DNA of 57,752 nt, the filler included, from Catajapyx aquilonaris (Eukaryota): assembly GCA_000934665.2 (NCBI GenBank). It is 3 parts of 3 records of this genome, joined end to end, with 100 filler letters (N's around TTAATTAATTAA, not from the genome) between each part and the next. Parts side by side here need not be neighbours in the genome. Positions count along the whole stretch, not along the records: positions 38,562 to 57,752 come from JYFJ02006522.1; 2 more parts are not named here. The stretch is one strand, 5' to 3'. The stretch's first letter is position 1. The number at the start of each line of letters is the position of its first letter. Position numbers and translations under genes: made by a program. Below the pieces are notes generated by a model. It was not told the origin of the DNA. It worked only from the letters and a program-made list of their open reading frames with translations, and made no database searches. This document shows positions 48,440 to 57,752 of the stretch, one piece after another.

Positions 48440-50852
48440 CAGTAAAACTTCTATAAGTCGAACTTCCCTATAAGTCGAAGAAAATTATGAGCTTGGTTGG
48501 TCACAATGTAAAATAAACGTCCCTAACTCGAATTTCTATGTAACTCGAAGTTCTCCATAACTCGAAGTGCGGGCAGGGCCTTACGATGGGATATCAATGC
48601 ATTTTCAGTCTCCCTAAGTCCAAGTTCATGTTGGCGAGTAAGGAAAATTGTCTAATTTCCCAGCCGAAGGGTCGAGAGTAGGCCATATGTACAGAAAGGC
48701 TCAATTTCCTGATCTCCGTCTACCAGACATCCCCAAAGAAGAGTTTGACTCGATTGTGACAATTGAATCCTTGAATCTACGAGTAGGCAAATGTCCATAA
48801 TGGAGACTTTTTTTACAACAAAACAACGAGGAACATTGTAAGTGTGATAGTGACGGGTGGGTTTTTCAGTTCGTTTTGCGACGCTATTAGAGGCTCCGCC
48901 CCTCATCACCCCCCTCTTAGTAATGCCGCGGGTTTTTCAACATTCTACTAGGGCCCAGATAATAGTTGCACCCTCCCGCTAATAGTTGCAGCTTTAATGA
49001 CAGGAGGGGGGGTGCCTTTAACCCTCTACTAAGCGCGAAATAATGGCCGCCGTATTTCTGGATGTGCATAGTAGGGTGATTCATGTAAAACTGACACATT
49101 TGTTTCTGTATTTATTCGGATGGACATGCACATAATGGCCCCTTTTTAGTTTCGAATTAAGCGGGTGTTCATATCTGCTGTGTTGCCAGCTGTTTTGCGC
49201 CATTTTGTGACAGTTGCTGTCAAGATGCAGGTTTGGTGCGCAATCTCCGCACAGAGAATAGTGGGACCAATTTTCTTCCACAGGACTGTTAACACCGAAG
49301 AGTACCGATGCATTTTCATGGAGTTTGTTGAGAAACTGGATGACGTCGAGCTGGGTAAAGGATCAATGACCTCCATGGATTTGTTTGATGTATGGCATGT
49401 GGCACCGTCTTGTTGAAAATATCCTTTACCCAGCTCTACGCCATCCACTAATCCAGTTGCTCAACAAACTCCATGAAAATGCATCGGCACTCTTCGGTGT
49501 TAACAGTCCTGTGGAAGAAAATTGGTCCCACTATTCTGCGGAGATTGCGCACCAAACCTGCATCTTGACAGCAACTGTCACAAAATGGAGCAAAACAGCT
49601 GGCAACACTGCAGATATGAACACCCGCGCAATCTACTGACAAGGAACCATCTCCCAAGGATCCCGCTTAATTCGAAACTAAAAAGGGGCCATTATGTGCG
49701 TGTCCATCCGAATAAATAAAGAAAGAAATGTGTCGGTTTTATATGAATCACCCTGGTAGTAAGCGGTAGTGCGTAATACCGCTAGTGTCATTGTCTCCAT
49801 ACTACTTTGACTCATGATGACCCTAGTTGAAAGAGAGAAAAAATAGTCAGAAAAAAAGAGTGCAAAAATTTACGTTAACAATACCAGAGAAAAATTGGGG
49901 GGAAATGAAATGGCGGGAAAAGGCGGGAGAGATTCTTTTATATATCTATGAAATAGAAGGCTCACTCTTCAAAATGTCATAAATATAACAGCTCGGAAGG
50001 CTTCGGAATTATAACTTCATGTTTGAATATTTCACATTTGGCGAAAAAAGTATACCAATTATTGCATAATTTCGAGGACAAATAATTACTTATAGACTAG
50101 TCATATTATGGGAAGAAATTCTTTAAAATGAAGTACATACCTTCTTCTGAAGCATCCATATTGGAACAGTTCACAAATATTTTGTATAACTGAAAACAAC
50201 ACAAATGAATGTGTCGCGCCGTAAATTGCGCTTAAAATTCGCTAAATATTACTCGAACTGTCATCAACTTTCAACTGCTGGTACGGACGAAGGGTTACAC
50301 CTATGAGAAGTACAACTGCATGTCATAATAGCCTCGTCATTCATCTGTTCCGGGAAACGAAATTTTTTGGAATCAGTAACATATTAAAAAATCACATTTT
50401 GTCCAGCTTTTTTGGCCAAATACCTCACTGTGGGCCGTGAGCCTCCAGTAGCTTCCATCTTTGATTTCGGTTTTAGCTGGGGAGAAGCAATTGCCCCCTT
50501 GATTCCAGGGTTGGAACTAAGCACGCGCATACGCAGCGCAACCCTGCGACTACCAGCTAATAGTAAGCCCTCCAACCCCATGAGTAGATAGTTGCGGGAT
50601 GAAAAACCCGTTTAGTAGTCACGTGATGATAGCTTCTAGCTAGTATCTACTATTTGGCCACTATTAGCGAGAAACAGAAAAACCCACCCAGGTATTTTTA
50701 AGTATTGAACACCTTTCGTCGCTGGATATAAAGGTAGGCTTCCTTGCAGAGTTCTGTGCTTTAAAAATCCCAAAATTCTCAAACGCGAATCTTCTATAAC
50801 TCGAAGTTTTTTTTCCGGTCCCATGGAGATTCGACTTATAGAAGTTTTACTG
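48440..50852. mobile_element. pogo/Tigger-like element with a 1.8-kb nested stack (48855-50689)
   Basis: cagtaaaacttctataagtcgaa / ttcgacttatagaagttttactg. The insert is bounded by gggtgggttttt / aaaaacccaccc; the empty site is at ~34105 in the other copy. Confidence 0.85.
49072..49755. mobile_element. Mariner/DD-D-derived foldback with transposase fragments
   Basis: agggtgattcat / atgaatcaccctg; inverted duplicated VWCAIS..IVGPIFF..TVN and a single FQQDGATCH. Confidence 0.85.
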
Positions 50853-51390
50853 TTTCAGTGTCCAACAGACAGGGTTCACTGTATAAAGTAGTTTTTAGGC
50901 TAGTTGGTCAACTGATCTACTGAACGTTAGCCTGCGAATATTGTACTATTTCTGCATGATATTGCCAAAGGTTTTTCACCAGAAGACCAGTTTTGTTATG
51001 CTGCCACAACACTTGATTTAACTTTTTCAATCTGGGAATGCCCAATTGGGCTTATGCAATTAGTTTCTTATTGGGTCCCGTCCTAGCCTTGGCCTGGGAT
51101 TTGGGTAATTTGTACACGCATAGCTCAACCATACATATAAACATGCATTCCACCACTTTTCAGCACCAAAATGTCATTACTCGATAAATTATCAGTGGTT
51201 TAAAAGTCACTTGCAAATTGGCTGGAAAAACGGGGGCGTGGCCTAAAAAGCATTCCCACTCCTGCCTAACCAAGCTAACAACAGTCACATCAGCAGGCTG
51301 TTGCCTCGCGGTTGTTTGATTCAGCTTATTTACTGGCGGTCCCGTTCGATTCGGCTACACCAAAGAGTTCTGCTATTATATAATATAATA

Positions 51391-51623
51391 CCTAGAGGAG
51401 GTACTCCCTATCCTTTTCCATTAGACAGGCTGAGGCAGCCGCCATCTTGTTGGAGGTAATATTGTTGTTCTAACAGTTGTCTAGCAACTGGGACAACAAC
51501 CGATAATGACAACTGGGACGACAATTAGTTCAATAATGTCAGGCGTCCGCCATCTTGACGGAGGTAATATTGTTGCCTGCATTGTTGCCTGCCTCACATT
51601 TCAGCCCGAGTGCCTCCTCTAGG
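51391..51623. mobile_element. TA-targeting MITE
   Basis: ta-cctagaggaggtactc...gagtgcctcctctagg-ta. Confidence 0.7.
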
Positions 51624-52132
51624 TATACAGGGCTATACATAAGTCTTGACCCTATTTTGAAAAGTCACCAAAAATACACTACACAACAGATAGTTGTAAT
51701 TAATATACCAAAGGAGCGAGAAAGGATCAGTTTTTTTTTTTACACACATTACAAATGTTCAATGTGTCCTCCTCTGGAGATGCGGCACATATCTAGCCGA
51801 TACTCCATTTCGCCCCATACGCGAGCAAGCATGTCACGGTCAATCATTGTGAGTTTGTGACAGCCATGGTGATGCGGTGGCGAAGTTCCTGGATATTTGC
51901 AGTGAGTGGAGACACAAAGACAGTGTCGTTCACAAATCCCAGTAAGAAAAAGTCGCGAGTTAAATCGGGTGACCAGGGTGGGCACCGCATTAACACCTCA
52001 TCATCGGGACTTGTGCGTCCAGTCCAACGTCGTGGTAGGTGTTGGTTGAAGTACCATCGCACCTGGGTATGGAAATGAGGTGGAGCACCATCTTGTTGAA
52101 AGAGGTAATCCTCCATGTTCATTTATGTGTAT

Positions 52133-53035
52133 TAGATCAAAAACTTTCCCTTCAGTAAAAAAAAAGAGAAGACCTCCGCGGCGGAATGAAGGTACTGAAA
52201 CAAGGCAGGCGCACGTAAGACCTTCACCAATTGATTTAAGCTGTACCATAGGTCTTACTCAAGCAATTACCAATTTACTGCTCATGAAATTCCTTTCTGA
52301 AAACAAATTTGTGGAATTTCTGTCGTACTACTAGTTACTTCTAACTTAGCAGTACCAGTGTAGTGCAATGGTATACTGCTATGTTAGCAGTAACTACAGA
52401 CCTATAGTTAATAGTAAAAGTAGTACGACGAAAATTCCATGCATTAATTTTCCATGAGCCACTCCATATTAGTGTTTTATGAAATTAGGAACTTCAATAT
52501 TAAGCACCTTGAATTTCTATGCGATTAGTGCGAATTATTGCTATGAAACATTCATGCAGAATCGTCACCTCTTTTTGATGCTGATTTTAACTCTAGCGTT
52601 TAATTTTTCACGTTAATTGGTGAATTTTAGAGGGTCTTTTTCGATTGGACCAAGTCTGTTAGAATGGGTTTAGTTTTTCCCCCATTTTTTTTCCTTTCAT
52701 AATAAAATCCTACCCAGGGATGGAAAAAGAACCGCTTCTTTGGGAGGAAGCGATTCTTTTTCCATCCCTGCACATGGAAAAAAGAAGCGCTTCTTGGAAG
52801 GAAGCGGTTCTTTTTCCATCCCTGATCCTACCTATACTGCTCTGAGTAGTTTGCANCAGCAGTCATTTTACGAGACGTTCCATACCGTACTTGAGAATTG
52901 CTTTAGTAAGACCTATGGTACAGCTTAAATCAATTGGTGAAGGTCTTACGTGCGCCTGCCTTGTTTCAGTACCTTCATTCCGCCGCGGAGGTCTTACTTC
53001 TCTTTTTTTTTACTGAAGGGAAAGTTTTTGATCTA
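52133..53035. mobile_element. Non-autonomous TIR element with ~140-bp TIRs (TAG...CTA)
   Basis: tagatcaaaaactttcccttcagtaaaa / ttttactgaagggaaagtttttgatcta; it interrupts the mariner transposase. Confidence 0.75.
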
Positions 53036-54204
53036 ATTTCAGTTCTTTTTTGACAGTATACACGTAACTTATGCTCTACAGTGTCTACACTATACAGTCT
53101 GCACTATGAATGCATTGGAGACGATTTTCGTCGCTTAGAAGTCCCTAAAATTATTTTCACAGAGATAGTCGTAAAAAAACGAAAGTTGAGTGCTACCAGC
53201 CAACGGTTAGTCTGATTTAATTATTATGAAATAGCCTATACGCTAAAATATACGGAATATATACATTGAGAACTGTACCAGACGAATTTGCTGAAATCGT
53301 GGTACTTTGCAAGTATTCAATCAATACTTATCTGCGGCTTGCCTCCGTCACATCTGAAAACTCCCAACCGTACTTAATTTTCGCGAAATGCGACGATTTC
53401 AGCAAATCAGTTCGTCTGCCACGTTACAATAAAATACGGAAGTACATGTCTGCAACCTGCGTAACGAATGGACAGTATGTCTGTGTATATGCCCAGGACA
53501 TGTATCTTTTCCAATTCCCGGACCCGCGGAAACCAAAACTAGACAACTGTCACCAATGTCACTTACAACATTATTCGGGGCAACCCTTCAATTATCTACA
53601 TTGAGAACCATACCAGACGAATTTACTTGAATCCAGATACAACAAACTTCAAGAGACTGCGGAAAAAGTATGTTATAACCGAGGTCTGTTATAGCCGAAT
53701 CGTCACGCAACGTAAACATAAATTTCTGCTTTCAATGTGGCTGTACTATGCACTACTAGACTACATACCGATTAATGAAATCTGTCACAAATGGAATATT
53801 GGCTCACCCGAAAATTATGCTGGACCAAAATATCCGAAATTTCCTTCTGCCGTCTCCTTTTTGCAAATTTTATACATGGAAAACAATATTTTCCCACCGA
53901 GGGTCCAAGAAATGGTCTGTTATACCCGAGGTGAGGTGAAAATGAGTCTGTTACATCAGGAGTGAAAATACACAGTGCCTAATGGAAGCATGCCGGGACA
54001 GCCTTTATAACCAAGTCTGTTATAGCCGAGGCTGTTGTATCCGGATTCAACTGTAAATCTGTAATTAAGTGCAATGCGTTCACACCAGCAGCGGCAGTGT
54101 AACATTCGGCTAATAACAATATGGCTAGGTGGTAAATAAGTATTGACGTTTCTAGGTGATGGCGTCATGAACAAATGAAGTAATGACAGAAAAAATCAGA
54201 GGTA

Positions 54205-54499
54205 AAAAAATCACAGATCCGATCCTGTAGCAGTGGGAACTGAGAGATTTTGAACATAGATCCGCACCATCCCACTGCACCTTCGGCCCTTTGATGATGA
54301 AACCATATTCCGAATAGTTATTGAGCAAAAAAATGAAAACGCATTTTTCAGTGGTCTCGAATTTTTTGCGGCGTTTTGAAGAGGAATTAAGTAAAAGTGT
54401 AAATGGTAGGAAATCAATTCACAATGGTGGGGATCTGTGTTCAAAATTTGGAAGCTCTACCTACAGCAGAATCTGAGTTAGGGCGATTGAAAAAAACGT

Positions 54500-54537
<38 letters not shown>

Positions 54538-54604
54538 GAAACAGGAAAAATTAATTGTTGAAACGCTATGCTACGGTCTTACTTAAGGGCTACCGCCCTT
54601 AAAA
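54205..54604 (+). mobile_element. HINE/DINE-like element end with (AAC)n tract and terminal stem-loop
   Basis: (AAC)~12 at 54500-54537, then hairpin taagggc-tacc-gccctta and an A-run. The left boundary is approximate. Confidence 0.5.
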
Positions 54605-54658
54605 TAATTTATCATTTTCTACCTACTGCCTCCTAGCAGCACAGCAAGGATACAACAA

Positions 54659-56353
54659 CAAATATTATTAATGCGCTTCGCTAATATGGGACACTCCGGC
54701 CAAAAACTGGCGAAGCTGCCGCGCGCGCCATCTGTTGGCTCGGGGTGTGGTTAGACCCTCAACCCGCAGCCACTTTATAATTGATATATTTAAGGAGGTT
54801 GGCCCAGCATTGCCTTTCAACCTCCAAGGATAGGGAAGGAAGGAAGCGGCTGTGGCCTATTATACGGAGGCAACCCCGGAATTATCCTAGAAAGACCGTG
54901 GAAAACCACAGAAAACCACAGTCAAGGTTGCCGGCCCCGGGATTCGAACCCAGGACCTCCCGATTAGCAGTCGGACGCCTTATCCACTATGCCAACCTGC
55001 TTCGGTAACCCGCAGCCACTAGTGCAAATACGGCAATGTTTTCCAATTTAAATTAATTATTTCACAGCGTTTACGTACATGACCCATGCACCAAAAAATC
55101 AGAAATGATCTATATTAGGCATACAGGTTAAGTATCCGGCTCTTTCGAGTGCTGACGCTACATGCCACTAAGGAAAATGAAACAAAGGCGAAGCTATTTG
55201 TTTGGCTCGAATTACTAACGTAAATATCACATAAGTGCTTAACAATGGGTTGGTCAAACACTTCATACTGCTGATAAATGATGTCATGCAATTCACGCCA
55301 TATAACAGGTATAGTGGTTGAACTTAAGTGGAATTAAGTCGTACAGGTTTATAAGAAACTCCAGGGAAGAATTCAACTAACAAAGGTTTTAATTATGCTT
55401 ATTACACTTTATTACTCAACATGAATGCACCCTACGTTTCTTTTCATGATAGACTTTTCAGGACATAGCAACAATAAATCATTTCATACGCAATTAACCC
55501 TTAACTACTTAGATGGAGCCTGAGCGGCTTCAACCATATTTAAACGTGATGTAATTAAGTCATAAACAAGGCCCGTTTTTCTGTCGGAATATGCTGACTC
55601 GGCGTGTGATTTTACGTTATCGGAAGCCTAATTATCTGAACTGCACTTTCTGTATGTGAAAAGTCCAATATAACAATTTAGCTGATAAGCAGAAAATTAA
55701 ATATACCGTGGGAGCCACTCAGGCTCCACCTAAGTAGTTAAGGGTTAATTGCGTATGAAATGATCTATTGTTGCTATGTCCTGAAAAGTCTATCATGAAA
55801 AGAAACGTAGGGTGCATTCATGTTGAGTAATAGAGTAAATAAGCATAATTAAAAATCTTGTTAGTTGAATTCTTCCCTGGAGTTTCTTATAAACCTGTAC
55901 GACTTAATTGAGTTAATTCCACTTAACTTAAGTTCAACCACTATACCTGTTATATGGCGTGAATTGCATGACATCATTTACCAGCAGTATGAAGTGTTTG
56001 ACCAACCCATTGTTAAGCACTTACGTGATATTTACGTCAGTAATTAGAGCCAAACAAATAGCTTCCCTTTCGTTTCATTTTCCTTAGTGGCATGTAGCGT
56101 CAGCACTCGAAAGAGCCGGATACTTAACCTGTAGGCCTAATATAGATCATTTCTGATTTTTTGGTGCACGGGTCATGTACGTAAATGCTGTGAAATAATT
56201 AATTTAAATTGGAAAACATTGCCGTATTTGCACTAGTGGCTGCGGGCTGAGGGGCTAACAACACCCCGAGCCAACAGATGGCGCGCGCGGCGGCGTCGCC
56301 AGTTTTCTGTAGAGGGAGTGTCCCGTATTAGCGAAGCGCGTTAATAGTATTTG
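54659..56353. repeat. ~1.7-kb inverted repeat (~640-bp arms) centred on a TTAA-CCC element (55498-55744)
   Basis: 54659-55535 minus the SINE is the near-exact reverse complement of 55710-56353. Confidence 0.92.
54775..55010 (-). mobile_element. tRNA-derived SINE family 3
   Basis: Reverse complement of 42214-42437; TSD cgcagccact; empty site in the opposite arm at ~56235. Confidence 0.9.
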
Positions 56354-56496
56354 ACAACACGAGAGGGGTTTGCTGTAAAAAAAAACTCAGATCCTTTCTC
56401 GCTCTTTTGGTATATTAATTACAACTATCTGTTGTGTAGTGTATTTTTGGTGAATTTTTAAAATAGGGCCAAGACTTATGAATAGCCCTGTATATA

Positions 56497-56754
56497 TCGT
56501 CGGCCAGCGATCAAAACCTCGTAACCCCTCAAGACCAAATTTTACAGGAGGGACAAAAAACATTTTGTAAAATCATGTTTTCTGTTCATGCTGACAATTA
56601 TTCCTACAGTATAGCATAACGTAAACCTTACCATTCATGAGGATGATGGTGAATTCATGTACACCGTTGCAAAGTTGTGCAAAGGGACTTACAAGGTACG
56701 TAAGTCCATTTTCGCGCAAAATGGAGTTACGAGGTTTTGATTGCCGGCTGACGA
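56497..56754. mobile_element. TA-targeting MITE
   Basis: tata-tcgtcggccagcgatcaaaacctcgtaac / gttacgaggttttgattgccggctgacga-tata. Confidence 0.75.
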
Positions 56755-57137
56755 TATATAATATAGCAGAACTCTTTGGGCTACACTAGTGGTCGTTCGA
56801 TTCCGTTGTTAGGAAACAAACAAATGAACAAAGCAGCCTGGGTGCATTCCTGCCTCTGCACCGATCTGTTTAGCAACAGTGACATCAGATGGCAATACAA
56901 TACCGTATAATTATTATGGTCTTAGATCGATCATAGCTCGAAAACTAATATGTATTTCTTCAAACAAAAAACACCAAAATTCGTTTAAAAATACGCACGA
57001 TTTTTTACATGGGTTTTCAAAATGTAGGCTACAACCCCACTGCTCGCCTTTGGATGAACAGTCACAACAAAATCCCACCCCTGCATCATAATCAGCAAGG
57101 TCGAGGCTGCCGAATCCCATCCGATAGCTTGTCCTTT

Positions 57138-57752
57138 TGTAAGGTGGCAAGTGCATAAGTCAAAGAAAGGATAAGGAATCTAGGGCCTTTCTTTGAAATG
57201 TAAGGCATTGTCCACAAAAGGGCCCTCTCAACGGGGGATTTCAACTAAAATGTCACAACTAGGGGAGCGTTGCTCAGGAGCTGATTGTCTTCGAGTTGCG
57301 CTCACCCAAATAAGAATGGAAGGACATTGAAGTAATTAAGAGCCGCCGATACTATTGTTATTAAGGAGGTGTTAACCCTCGAAAATTCAACATATAAGCG
57401 GCGGCCAAATAGCAAGGGGAGTTGGAATTGAGAGTTGGAGGGAGGCAGTAGTTGGAGATGGAGAGTTGGAGAGAGAGATGGAGTTGGAGTTAGAGTTGGA
57501 GGGAGGCCGTCGAAAAGCTACGCGTTGAGCCGGAAACCAGCCAAAGGAGAAGAGACCAGAGAGCAGAAGAGAGCAGTCCAAGAGAGATGGAGAGTTGAGT
57601 TTTTGAGAGCACACCAGCGAACCAGTCAGCAAGTCTCTGTAAGATGAAGAAGAAGAAGAAGAAGAAGAAGAGGAAGACCCGACGACCAAGCCCGAGATGT
57701 CAGAAGCCATCGGAAGCCGTGGACGAGCGAGAAAACCATGGAAGAAGGCAAC
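57138..57752 (+). other. Purine-rich low-complexity segment with (GAA)n, possibly the start of an LTR retroelement
   Basis: TG start at 57138, catataag followed by gagttg repeats, (GAA)8 at ~57646-57670; truncated by the window edge. Confidence 0.25.

Larger units (their letters stand above)
51628..56490 (-). mobile_element. Tc1/mariner (DD37D/DD41D-like) element; transposase remnant at ~51740-52122
   Basis: TA-cagggctat.cataagtcttg.ccctatttt TIRs (~80 bp); FQQDGAPPHF...WTGR...PPWSPDLT.DFFLLG...C....GGHIEHL with a frameshift. Confidence 0.85.
51361..56778. mobile_element. Minimal P-superfamily-like MITE expanded by nested insertions
   Basis: TIRs caaagagttctgctat / atagcagaactctttg with perfect 8-bp TSD ggctacac. 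Confidence 0.75.

Noticed and set aside
57387..57710. Ser-rich 107-aa ORF
   Set aside because: Translation of purine/pyrimidine low-complexity sequence with no family features.

Overview
AT-rich, repeat-dense eukaryotic (metazoan, probably arthropod) draft-genome scaffold. It has GT-AG introns and three N gaps, two of them 100-nt placeholders carrying a TTAATTAATTAA linker. Recognisable host genes are all on the minus strand: two tandem, diverged Pitchfork (PIFO/CIMAP3, SHIPPO/PG-repeat)-like genes with an added Cys/His-rich C-terminal module (201-1109 and 4837-6744); a three-exon 174-aa orphan ORF with 51- and 47-nt introns (9302-9924); the last two exons of a wax-ester synthase/DGAT (HHxxxDG) gene (16694-17924); and the first coding exon of SAP30 (41540-41929). 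A decayed WS/DGAT paralogue lies on the plus strand (12538-12993). Most of the rest is transposon-derived: tRNA-headed SINEs, many MITEs, mariner foldbacks, an RTE-5'UTR-derived element, and three deeply nested stacks. The stacks are an Academ-type XPG/Cys-finger element (42442-48329), a pogo/Tigger-like element (48440-50852), and a tiny P-like MITE that has swollen to 5.4 kb (51361-56778) and includes a 1.7-kb palindrome. No rRNA, intact tRNA, CRISPR or prokaryote-type system was seen. All calls come from manual reading and recalled family motifs, with no database searches, and I cannot demonstrate a wholly new biological system.
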